Below, in pieces: positions 10,201 to 19,100 of a DNA stretch of 64,000 nucleotides. The notes below the pieces were generated by a model. That model had not been told where the DNA came from. It saw nothing but the letters and a program-made list of their open reading frames with translations, and searched no databases. Source of the DNA: a virus. Location of the stretch: the IMG/VR virus record IMGVR_UViG_3300037041_000399, positions 1 to 64,000 of that record, one strand, 5' to 3'. The first letter of the stretch is position 1; each line of letters begins with the position of its first letter. The position numbers and the translations under genes were made by a program.

Positions 10201-10832
10201 TTAGTGCAACTTTAAATGTTACGGCTAATTGGAATCTAGTAAATGCAGGTACGTTAGGCTTCACGGTACGTGCTGAAACTAGTGTTGCCGCATCAACATA
10301 CTATAGGTACTCGACAGATGCAATAACATGGGTTGACCCTACACCAACATGGGGCCTTGCAACAGCAGTAGCTGGTGGTCCAAATGAAATGCTAATAATA
10401 CACGGCGATACGACAACTGCAGGTAATGTTGTAAAGCGTACAACAGATTTTGTTACCTGGACAAACTATACGCTACCTGTTTCTGCATTTTGGGGCTGTT
10501 TAGTGTATGGAGCAGGTAAATATATAGCGATATCTAAAGGAACTAATACGCAAGTTTATGCATATTCTACTGATGGGATTACGTGGGTTACTGGTAATCT
10601 TCCAAACAGTCGTAATTGGTCAGATGCTACCTACATAGTCAATAGTGATGTAGGGTTTGTTCTTTGCGGATTTAATGGCAATTCCTCGGAGTCTTATAGC
10701 TCGACTGATGGTATTAATTGGACAACATATTCAGTGCCAAGTAGATCCTTTCCCCCTTATATTAGTGGTAATAAAGATTTTATAGTAGCAGTAAATGCTA
10801 ATAACACAACAGGAGATAGATACGGTGATTAA
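7263..10832 (+). CDS. Large beta-propeller (Asp-box/BNR-like repeat) receptor-binding or adhesin protein
   Basis: About 20 S-T-D-G-I-T-W-type repeats with YG(N/A)GxF/Y motifs across 1189 aa. Confidence 0.75.
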   Translation: MSILAMFLATLGAAKRWIVINCGASKKVCVTNKSAAVITTSETLSTSLDMGITWDSPIKSNIRGLATNTSNIMIALDASKTVYKFSDSAASWDSGKVIIGVNIGYGKENFIIFESGGISAAAISTDGVLWDQPYASYNYTPSTVFYEANGNKWQWVSQGICRCVNGVMVSRAITLGTNAKVFAYGAGKLVGIYYARSSSLGQKAYIYTSTDILTWDAGVDFGTNDTDFILYYINNKFIALGTYTGLASSTTKSTVTAVSTDGITWVKSNSRTTLASDLLWDGTYYITGSDTSKSRSTDGLAWVSYGSFTLPSASANYPYITFIFTGHNGSYLVGTGNNNASVTTDFNTFTACVGLSGFTITGSNLANVILGPDKTLLLNGSAGVIPYVSTDLLTWSQVNISNPTGAVVGYTTGSYGNGRYMLAGATTASNAYLSSTDGINFYGPAAGASIYSKEGFAYNTAGTLYLTVNGNSFSTSTDGLAWTASTFKTGFAVYYATFGNGIFVVGSGTSSVAASTDCITWTYSTSFTASTFGGNPIYYLLYGNGLFVISSYYGYPYYTSTDGITWSARARNPPTSVEHQLIFSGTTWKEVYYSSVNRSTDFVTWTTHTGISNRVAYGKTVRKVVAMTDNTLIMHYLFGSMNGTGVSYSNDDGITWSATPPSFSAPWGSSEDWVLVRDPFSNNVLMFQNNPAVPGTRGQWSPNGYSWNNISGGSPTWTPKVGTPTGILILSSPTLKFPYPYNSTVGATFPASTIWKMLEYLGNSWVLLNTLGNVYRSPNGIDWTAAGSSGTLTYDYNFKVNGRVYVSNGLKYTADGYNWYAVTGVGSAPFAVSYANGIYLMSYSAATGKRSTDGVTWTSTNLTTQYSNAYAIGNLFYRISPVSYGSSDYLERYVTSTDALTWKTVDYLYPVCKNTSGVYLVNSPSSVNFAYRSTDGITWSSVTLPATGQWQGPAYGRGKFIMVQYGGTSVISSTDGITWVSATLNVTANWNLVNAGTLGFTVRAETSVAASTYYRYSTDAITWVDPTPTWGLATAVAGGPNEMLIIHGDTTTAGNVVKRTTDFVTWTNYTLPVSAFWGCLVYGAGKYIAISKGTNTQVYAYSTDGITWVTGNLPNSRNWSDATYIVNSDVGFVLCGFNGNSSESYSSTDGINWTTYSVPSRSFPPYISGNKDFIVAVNANNTTGDRYGD

Positions 10833-11445
10833 GTATAATATATTAATAGTTACGCCTGGTACGATGATGACGGCAGGTTACGTCGAATCTCTCGTTAGCA
10901 CAATAGAAGAGTGTAATAGACAAGGATTAACTTATAGATGGATGAATGGGCAAAGTCCACTAGTCCATAATGCGCGAGAGGCCGCTATAACAGGCGATAA
11001 GAATCTTAATTTAAACGATAAAGGGCCGTTACACGATCAGTATGCATATGATAAGTTATTTATGATAGATTCTGATATAAGTTGGACCGTAGAAGACTTC
11101 TTTAAATTATTCTATTCAGGCAAAGATGTCATATGTGGCACTTATATGCTTAGTGATGGTAATACTACTTCAAATTTCTTAGATAGAAATACTTTGAAAA
11201 AAGCTAGTGTAGATATTGAAGTAGAAGGCACAGGTTTAGGCTTTGTCTGCGTGAGACAGGGCGTGTTTGAAAATATTTCGAGACCTTGGTTTGCCTATTG
11301 TTATCAAAAACATCCCAATAACTGTGAGACACCTGCTGGAGAGGATATTTCTTGGTGCTTTCATGTAACCCAATCAGGCTACAGAATATTTGTAGACCCT
11401 TCTGTAAATGTAGGCCATACGAAGTCAATGCTATTGACAGTATAG
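10825..11445 (+). CDS. Glycosyltransferase-like protein (GT-A fold)
   Basis: FMIDSDISW (DxD), GLGFVCVRQGVFE, GEDISWC, VDPSVNVGH; GTG start after AGGAG. Confidence 0.7.
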   Translation: MIKYNILIVTPGTMMTAGYVESLVSTIEECNRQGLTYRWMNGQSPLVHNAREAAITGDKNLNLNDKGPLHDQYAYDKLFMIDSDISWTVEDFFKLFYSGKDVICGTYMLSDGNTTSNFLDRNTLKKASVDIEVEGTGLGFVCVRQGVFENISRPWFAYCYQKHPNNCETPAGEDISWCFHVTQSGYRIFVDPSVNVGHTKSMLLTV

Positions 11446-11446
11446 T

Positions 11447-11539
11447 GTGAATAAAGATACTCGGTCAGTATATAGACAAGCATTAACAACGCAAGAAGGT
11501 TTTCCATTTAATGTGGTTTGGCCTATTGCACCAAATTGA
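11447..11539 (+). pseudogene. Remnant of a tail-fibre assembly chaperone gene (C-terminal part only)
   Basis: VNKDTRSVYRQALTTQEGFPFNVVWPIAPN* aligns with VYRQALLDVPQQEGFPLTITWPESPV at the end of 51106-51558. Confidence 0.65.
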
Positions 11540-11598
11540 GGGGACCCCCTCATGAACCGAGTTGGGCGGTTTCTACCTAACAAAACCCGGAGTTACAA

Positions 11599-12501
11599 AT
11601 GGCTGACATGACAACACCAAACATCTTTACAATGCCACAAACAAATGGCAATGACATGGGAATGGGCGCGATTACACCTTTAATATTAGGTGCTGCTCTT
11701 TTCGGTGGAAGAGGTGGATTGTTCGGTAATAATAATGGTGAAGCAGCGGTTGCAGCGGCAGCTGTAGAACGTGGTGCTACTGTTAGTGAAGTACAAGGTA
11801 TCATTAATGGTACTAATACTAGCCAAGATCTTGGCTCAGTAAGACGTGAAATTGGTGAAGTTCAAAGAGAGATCTGGAAAGCTGAGGGCGATTTACAAAC
11901 TGCAATCACAGCAAGTAATGGCACTGTTACTAACCAAATCCTACAAGCTCAAATTGCTAGTATGCAAGGACAAGCAGCTATTATGGCTTCTGTCGATATG
12001 CATGCCGCTGATATTGAAGGTAGTATTGCAAATTCATTAGCAGCAACTAATGCAGCTTTTGCAGTAACTAATGCATCTATTGCAGCAGGAGCCGCAGCAA
12101 CAGCTTTAGCAGCTAAAGACGCAGAAATTTCTGGTTTACGTAATACACAACTTATTACAGCGAGTATTGCAGCTGATGGCAGCTTAACACGTGCGGCTAT
12201 TGCAGATCTTAAAGATTCATTACCAAACGCTCGCGAATTACAATTACAACGTGAAGTTGGTGTGTTAGAAGTTCAACTATCACGCCAGTTGGCATCTGAA
12301 GCTGTTCGTTCAGGCAATGTTGACGTTATTACTAACGTTAATCAAACAGCTGTTCAAACACAACAGCAACAACAAATCCAAGGTATTTTAAGTGCCGTTC
12401 AAGCATTAGGTCACAACCAAAGTGCTATGGCGACTAACTTAAATATTGGAGGTAGCCAACGTGGTGTTAATCAAACACCAACTAACGTTGCCGGGTTTTG
12501 A
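11599..12501 (+). CDS. Ala/Gln-rich coiled-coil protein with a Gly-rich hydrophobic N-terminal segment
   Basis: 300-aa ORF, GGAG RBS, codon usage resembling highly expressed genes; function unknown. Confidence 0.6.
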   Translation: MADMTTPNIFTMPQTNGNDMGMGAITPLILGAALFGGRGGLFGNNNGEAAVAAAAVERGATVSEVQGIINGTNTSQDLGSVRREIGEVQREIWKAEGDLQTAITASNGTVTNQILQAQIASMQGQAAIMASVDMHAADIEGSIANSLAATNAAFAVTNASIAAGAAATALAAKDAEISGLRNTQLITASIAADGSLTRAAIADLKDSLPNARELQLQREVGVLEVQLSRQLASEAVRSGNVDVITNVNQTAVQTQQQQQIQGILSAVQALGHNQSAMATNLNIGGSQRGVNQTPTNVAGF

Positions 12502-12515
12502 TGAAAAGGTAAAAT

Positions 12516-12860
12516 ATGGACTCGTCCGCAATCCAGAGACAGATCGAACTGCTCCAAGCCCAGATGATACCAGTGAGAGCACAAGCACTAAAAAGGGTAG
12601 AGTCGGTAGAAGAGACAGTGAAACGAGTTCTTCAGGTGGAGATGGCGAAGTTACAACCTCCTAGCTCACAAGTAGAGTCTGTAGCTAATGAAGGCATTAA
12701 TATGCTTTCGGCTATAGGCTCTGCCTTGACTGAAGAGCAACAACAATGGTTATCAGTGCCAGAGAATCAAACATGTGTTCCTGAATTCTTCTCAACAACA
12801 GAAGGGCAAGCTATCACAAGACGATTCTTTACGGCGTATAAGGAATACAAATGCAAGTAG
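12516..12860 (+). CDS. Hypothetical protein
   Basis: 114-aa ORF with AAGG RBS. Confidence 0.6.
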   Translation: MDSSAIQRQIELLQAQMIPVRAQALKRVESVEETVKRVLQVEMAKLQPPSSQVESVANEGINMLSAIGSALTEEQQQWLSVPENQTCVPEFFSTTEGQAITRRFFTAYKEYKCK

Positions 12861-13102
12861 TACATACAGTAAAGCTGTCTGCTGAAGAAAAAGAAGACCT
12901 ACTTAAACTAGCGACTAAAGTCGGTACAGTTCAAGAAAGTGCAGCTTATACTCCAGAAGAAAAAGCTAAATTAGTTAAAGACAATACAGATTGGTTTCAT
13001 TCATTATTATGTGACTATATTCATGAAGCATTTAGTTATGGGTATAATGAAGGTAAGAATTTAGCCGATCTTAAAGATACAGAAATGTATAAACCAGACT
13101 AG
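12851..13102 (+). CDS. Hypothetical protein
   Basis: 83-aa ORF with AAGGA RBS. Confidence 0.6.
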   Translation: MQVVHTVKLSAEEKEDLLKLATKVGTVQESAAYTPEEKAKLVKDNTDWFHSLLCDYIHEAFSYGYNEGKNLADLKDTEMYKPD

Positions 13103-13112
13103 GGGGTTAAAA

Positions 13113-13220
13113 ATGTACGCAAATATTATTGAAGATATTATCGAAGAAGTAGTTGAGCTTGTAGTGCCTGACGATGTAATTGAAGAAGTTATTGAAACAA
13201 TCGTAGAGGAGGTTTTGTGA
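13113..13220 (+). CDS. 35-aa strongly acidic peptide (not in ORF track)
   Basis: MYANIIEDIIEEVVELVVPDDVIEEVIETIVEEVL; AGGGGG RBS. Confidence 0.55.
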   Translation: MYANIIEDIIEEVVELVVPDDVIEEVIETIVEEVL

Positions 13221-13384
13221 AAAACAGCCTAGATAAAGCATTTAAAGATGCAGGAAAAGCTATTAATCACACTGTTCATGAAGCCACAGATGTTGTAGAA
13301 AAGGTTGTAACTAACCCTGATGTACAAGACGTGGCAAAAGAAGTCGCTATTGGCGTTGCTGTTGCAGCGATTACAGCGGCTTAA
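13217..13384 (+). CDS. 55-aa protein with hydrophobic C-terminus (not in ORF track)
   Basis: GTGA overlap, GAGGAGG RBS; MKNSLDKAFKDAGKAINHTVHEATDVVEKVVTNPDVQDVAKEVAIGVAVAAITAA. Confidence 0.55.
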   Translation: MKNSLDKAFKDAGKAINHTVHEATDVVEKVVTNPDVQDVAKEVAIGVAVAAITAA

Positions 13385-13386
13385 TT

Positions 13387-13842
13387 ATGGAACTAAGCGA
13401 TAAAGGCGCAGAAGACTTAAAAGGTTCTGAAGGGTTTAGATCGCAACCGTATCCAGATGGTGAGGGCGTCCCTACAATTGGCTTTGGTAGTACTGTTTAT
13501 GAGAACGGTAAAAAAGTCACATTAAAGGACGCTCCCATTACTAAGGAACGAGCGTTACAGCTTTTCAAAATTACCCTTAAGCAATATACAAGCGCAGTAG
13601 ATAAAAGTGTTACTGTACCCTTAACCCAAAACGAATTCGATGCTTTAGTCGAATTAACATATAATATTGGTGGCCCTGCTTTTCAAAAGTCTACCCTATT
13701 ACGTCTCTTAAATGCTGGTGCTCCTCGTGATCAAGTAGCAGCACAATTCCTCAGATGGAATAAAGATAACGGTAAGGTAGTTGAAGGCTTAACCAATAGA
13801 CGTAAACGTGAATCAAATAAATTTTTAGGACTTACAAAATGA
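13387..13842 (+). CDS. Endolysin, phage lysozyme (GH24)
   Basis: Catalytic E-x8-D-x5-T (SEGFRSQPYPDGEGVPTIGFG); LTQNEFDALV..YNIG; GLTNRRKRE. Confidence 0.92.
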   Translation: MELSDKGAEDLKGSEGFRSQPYPDGEGVPTIGFGSTVYENGKKVTLKDAPITKERALQLFKITLKQYTSAVDKSVTVPLTQNEFDALVELTYNIGGPAFQKSTLLRLLNAGAPRDQVAAQFLRWNKDNGKVVEGLTNRRKRESNKFLGLTK

Positions 13843-14027
13843 GCGAATTAATTGAACCAAAAGTAGTACCAGTTGCTAAAGTTGAATTTACACCATTCTT
13901 TAACCAAGTACCCTCTAATTGGGAATTAAGTGCTAAAGAAGACGGCGCTATTGTCGGCTACAACCCTGTATCTGGCGAAAGATTTGAAGGTACAATGGAA
14001 AACTTTAATAAAGCTCTAAGAGGCTAA
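13839..14027 (+). CDS. Hypothetical protein
   Basis: 62-aa ORF translationally coupled between lysin and portal. Confidence 0.55.
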   Translation: MSELIEPKVVPVAKVEFTPFFNQVPSNWELSAKEDGAIVGYNPVSGERFEGTMENFNKALRG

Positions 14028-14028
14028 T

Positions 14029-15621
14029 ATGACAGGCGTCGTTAAAACAGTAGCAGATCCTTGCCAGACGTACCTTCATTTTATATCTTCTTGGGCCAAA
14101 AGTCGCGCTGTTTGTAACGGTGAACGTGCAGTTAAAGAGATTGATAGCTCTTTAGATTTAATCAGAATGACAAATCTATTGTTACCATTCTCTCCCTCCA
14201 TGAGCGTTAGACAGTACGAATTCTACAAAGCAGAAGCAGAATTGCCAGGCATTACAGCACAATTTGCTAAGATGCTAGTAGGTGGTATGTTGAGAAAACC
14301 CCCTATTATTGAATTACCTGAGAATGCGCCTGAAGAAGCATTAGACTGGCTTACTAATAACATTGGTAGAGATGATTGTACTCTTGTAGCTTTCTTAGAT
14401 GATATCTTATGGGAAGAAGTACAGACTTCTAGAGCATGGATATTTGTAGATTATCCTAATGTAGAAAATCCAGATGCACTAGATAAAGAAGTTAAAGATC
14501 AAATTAAACCATATCCTATCTTGCAAAAAGCTGAAACAATTATTAACTGGTCTACTACAACAAATATGTTTGGCAAGACAGTATTAAATCGTGTTATTGT
14601 AAAAGGATATATGGATGATTATTCTGTAAACGAATTTCATGCCACTCGTGTGCCTGCTGTTTGGGTACATGAATTAGATGAGAAAAATGAGTACAGAATT
14701 AGAATTTATGCTGGTACTGTTGCAGACAATGGTGACCAAACAATTAAGCCAGGGGATGCTGCTAGTAGAGGCGATCGTTTATTACCTTCAGGCGGCTTTG
14801 AGTTAGTAGCAGTTTTAGACAGCATTATGTCTAATGGTGAAAAATTAACTCACATCCCTGCATGGCCTTTGAACGGCAATATCACTCCTGTAACACCCTT
14901 GTTAGCACCTATTGTTGACAAAGAAATTAGCTTGTACAATAAGATTAGTAGACGTAATCATTTATTATATGGTGCTTCTACGTATACACCTGTTATTGCA
15001 TCTGATATGCCAGACGAAGAATTTGAGGATATTGTGAATTCTGGATTAGGTGCTTGGATACGACTAAGACAGGGCGATACAGCGACTGTACTAGAAACGC
15101 CTACAGCAGCTTTAGCAGATATGCAGGCGGCTATTGCAGCTACTATGGATGAGATGGCTAAGCTTGGTATTAGAATGCTAACAACAGAAAACGAACAATC
15201 TGGTGTTGCGTTAGAGATACGTAATGCCTCTCAGACCGCACAGTTAGCTGTTTTAAGTACTAAAATATCAAATACAATGAAGCAAGTTATTTGCCTAATG
15301 CTTAACTGGCGTTATAACTTAGATTGTGAAGCTTGTGATATTACATTTGAGCTGTCTGCAGATTTTGATCCAGTACCATTAGGCGCTGATTGGCTAAACT
15401 TAATTACACAATGGTATCAAGGCGGATTATTGCCAAGATCTGTTTGGTTACAAATGTTGAAAGCTAATGATATTCTAAATGCTGAATATGATGACGAAGA
15501 GGCATTAGCAGAAGTTAATAACGATCAGCAAATTATCCCTGCTGCAACTAAATACAATGATCAGTATGCCTTGCAAACTGAGGCAGCTGCAACTGGAAAG
15601 GCCTCTGCGCCTAAGGAGTAA
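14029..15621 (+). CDS. Portal protein (DUF4055-like)
   Basis: 530 aa, directly before the MuF and capsid genes; GMLRKPP, RAWIFVDYP and ESGVAL-like (QSGVALEIR) segments. Confidence 0.8.
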   Translation: MTGVVKTVADPCQTYLHFISSWAKSRAVCNGERAVKEIDSSLDLIRMTNLLLPFSPSMSVRQYEFYKAEAELPGITAQFAKMLVGGMLRKPPIIELPENAPEEALDWLTNNIGRDDCTLVAFLDDILWEEVQTSRAWIFVDYPNVENPDALDKEVKDQIKPYPILQKAETIINWSTTTNMFGKTVLNRVIVKGYMDDYSVNEFHATRVPAVWVHELDEKNEYRIRIYAGTVADNGDQTIKPGDAASRGDRLLPSGGFELVAVLDSIMSNGEKLTHIPAWPLNGNITPVTPLLAPIVDKEISLYNKISRRNHLLYGASTYTPVIASDMPDEEFEDIVNSGLGAWIRLRQGDTATVLETPTAALADMQAAIAATMDEMAKLGIRMLTTENEQSGVALEIRNASQTAQLAVLSTKISNTMKQVICLMLNWRYNLDCEACDITFELSADFDPVPLGADWLNLITQWYQGGLLPRSVWLQMLKANDILNAEYDDEEALAEVNNDQQIIPAATKYNDQYALQTEAAATGKASAPKE

Positions 15622-15623
15622 AA

Positions 15624-16187
15624 ATGAAAAGTGTAAGAAGAAGTATGGCTCTTAAGGGCAATACAAATGCTAAAGGAGCTAGAGGTGGCGCTACTGTTGG
15701 TGCTATTGGCGGTTTATTTGGTGTACCAGGCTCTTTAGTGGCTGGTATGGTTGCACAGAATCATGCCAACAAGTCATTAGGCACAGCTAATAAAGCACAA
15801 GGCGAACGTGTTCTTAGTAGACAACGTAAGGCGTCAACTGGAATCGGAGCAGCTTCTGTAGGCGCATCGATTGGTTATAAGTCGGCGATGATGGCTAGTC
15901 CTGCAACAATGCTAGCAGGTTTTAAAGGTGGCTCTATGATATCGAGTGCTGCGTTAGCTTCTGGCGTTGGTATGACAAAAGGAATGGTTGTTGCTGGAGT
16001 AGGCGGTGCTGTTGCAGGTGCTATTATTGGTGGCGGTATGAATTACTTAGCCTCTCGTGCTGGTTCTGCAATTATTGGAAGTCCTGAGAAAAAGAAAAAT
16101 GTAGCGCGTGATGTAAAAGCACTACAAGCACACATGAAGGCAGGTAAACCCTTATCTGCCACTAAGATGACTAAACTCGCTTATTAG
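15624..16187 (+). CDS. Basic Gly/Ala-rich protein (possible internal virion/ejection protein)
   Basis: GxxxG-rich hydrophobic stretches; located between portal and MuF-RNAP. Confidence 0.45.
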   Translation: MKSVRRSMALKGNTNAKGARGGATVGAIGGLFGVPGSLVAGMVAQNHANKSLGTANKAQGERVLSRQRKASTGIGAASVGASIGYKSAMMASPATMLAGFKGGSMISSAALASGVGMTKGMVVAGVGGAVAGAIIGGGMNYLASRAGSAIIGSPEKKKNVARDVKALQAHMKAGKPLSATKMTKLAY

Positions 16188-16195
16188 GTTTAAAA

Positions 16196-19100
16196 ATGGC
16201 CGTTAATGCTAACACACAAATTTATGACAAGACGCTAGATCGTGCTGCAATGACACGCCTTTATGAAAGAAGAGTCTCCGGAAAAGTAGATTTAATCATT
16301 GATGGCCATGTCCTACGTCTTGACAAATTAATAAAAGCTTTTGAAAGTATGAACCCCTTTCGTAAAGAACTGGATAGAGAACTTACAAAGACTTACAAAA
16401 ATGTAAATAATACTGTACATAAAGACTTATTGTCTTTAACAACAGACCAGTTATCTTTTGCCTATCAAAAGGTGGAAGTAGCTATGGGTAATATTTGGCG
16501 TACAGAAAGACCTAAGCAAAGAGTTGCAGAAGAAATAGCACTAGCAAATCCACTTCACAAAAACCAAACAATGGAACAAGGTTGGAGTGGGATTGCTAAT
16601 AATGAAAAGATTAGACTAGAAGCTGTAATACGTAAAGGTATTGCTGACGGAAAGACAATGGACCAGATAGCTCTTGAAGTTCGTACTGGTAATGTACATA
16701 AGATTACAAGAACACAAGCTAAGGGTTTAGTTATTACTGCTGTTACTTCTGTGTGCTCTCAAGCTGATCATGCAATCTATAAAGCAAATGGTAAAGCCTT
16801 ACAAGGGTGGCAATATGTATCTGTTCTTGATGCTCGCACAACCCCTATCTGCGCTGGTCGCGATGGGCATATTTATGACATTTCTGATACTGTACATCTC
16901 CCTCCAGCTCATTGGCATTGTCGTTCAACAACTACTCCTGTGTTTAAATCATGGGAAGATATGTCAAAGCTTGAAGGAGTTGCACAGGTTCGTAAACGAA
17001 ACTTAGCAGGACTTACGGATGATCAGAAAGCCTTTTATGATGGCAATACACCATTAAGAGAAAGTTATAATGACTGGCTGCTAAGACAACCTCAAGACAT
17101 CCAATTAAGACACTTAGGTGATTATAAAAAAGTTAGTATGTTTAATAGTCAGCAGTTAACTTTAGACAAATTTACGAATGATGAAGGCAATACTATTGGT
17201 ATTACTGAACTGAGACGTATGACGGACTCTACGTATACTCTTCCAAATGATACACAAAAGTTTGCTAATGCTAAAGCTAAATTAGATGCGATGCAATTAC
17301 ATGCAACAACGCCTGAAGCCTTTTATCAAGATACAAAATTAGTAAATACATTAAGAGATTATTATTTATTACAAGCTGGCGAATTAGATGGTACTCTATC
17401 CCTCACAAACTATCGCGGTTCCCTCTTACATACCAAGAAGGCTACCAAATCACGAGTACTCAACAGCTTGCCAACAGAAGAGCAAACAATCTTCAATCCA
17501 GTTACAGGTCGTTACGAAGACGTCAGATTGTACCAACCAAACGTTGAGGTATTAAATAATAACCTAAGATTACTACGTGAAAGCCCTGTATTAAAGCAAG
17601 AAGATAAAGACTTCATTGAGAAGTTTATTGGCAGTCTTGATGAAAAGATGGGTGCTAATGAAAGAGCTGCTGTAGCAGATAATCTTCGTATTATATTCAC
17701 TAGGTTCCGTAATAACGGAGAGCAATGGGGTAACTTCAAGGCTGTAGTACAAGGTCAGATTAAGTTTGATGTAATGAATGTATCAGATTCTCTTGAAACA
17801 CAATTAAGAAGAGATACTGATGTACTTAAGAAATTAACGCAAGACAATTACATTGACCCTATACTAGGCCCTACTCAGCTACAAGATCTTCATGATAATT
17901 TTATCAACAATATTCGTGCTAGAAATAACTGGGAAGATAGTGTTGCTCCTAAGATTGCTAGAGAATTACGCAATGTATTTGATTACAAGATACCTATTAA
18001 ATTAAAAAGAATGCCTAATGGCAAAGAACGATTATCAGAAGCTGATTTAGATCAATTTTATTTACGATTTGCGCACAGATTAAGTATGGCAGATATGCCG
18101 GATAGAGATCAATTTGCAGTTGCATTAGGACGTGACTTATATAATATGTCAGGCTTAAATGGTAATCGCAAAGAATGGTATGATTTAGGGATGTCAATGT
18201 TAGAAGCAAAGAATGTTACTAAGTTCTTTGAAGTAGAAACATTTGGCGTTCAAAAGCGAAGAATGAAAAGCAGATTGAGCAACAGTCTGTTTGGCCCTTA
18301 TTATGACACTCTGTCATATAACATACGGGTTACTGATCCTCGTGTACAAGAGTATGCGCAGCTCACAAGGAAAGTGGAAGTCGGCCTACGTGTTGGCGTT
18401 ACATCTGAGAAGAACAAGTTGCTATTCCGCGAGGGTTATAAAACGTACTTTATTGACAGAGGTCTCCTAGGTTTAGAAGATACTCGTATTCCCATTACAT
18501 CTACAAACAGCTTTAGTGATTTTCCTGAACAATTTGTTGATAAGAACCTAGCTAATGCTTTAAATTGGGCATCAAAGTCTAAGTATAAAATTGACGAAGA
18601 TTTTTATGATTTTACAAAGAAATTATTGTACTTCGAAGATGATAGAGGCAACGCTAAGAAGTATAACGAATTGAATGAATATAAACACTATATTTCTTCT
18701 AGGGGAGATGCCTATGAAAGATTCAAATCGATGGACTGGTTACGGACACGAGGATATTCTTTTAGTAATCATGCTTTTGTTGACCATCGTGCTCGTATAT
18801 ATGATCGCGGACTCATTAGTCCTCAGTCAGGAGAGTCCTTCAGACCATTCCTTAATACCGAACAATCAAAAGTGTTGGGTGAGGCTGGATACAGAAACTT
18901 CAGAGACCAAATAGGTGCATTTATGGGCGGTCTTAATGATACTTTTGAAGGGCGATATAATTCATTATCCTTTACTGGTAGACAAAAGATTGCTGATAAG
19001 CTATGGCCAGATATGGTAGATATTGGCAACAAGATGCTACGTGGTAAGCCTGCTGATCTTCGTGCTATATTAGAATCAGAAATGGTACAATTAGTAGATG

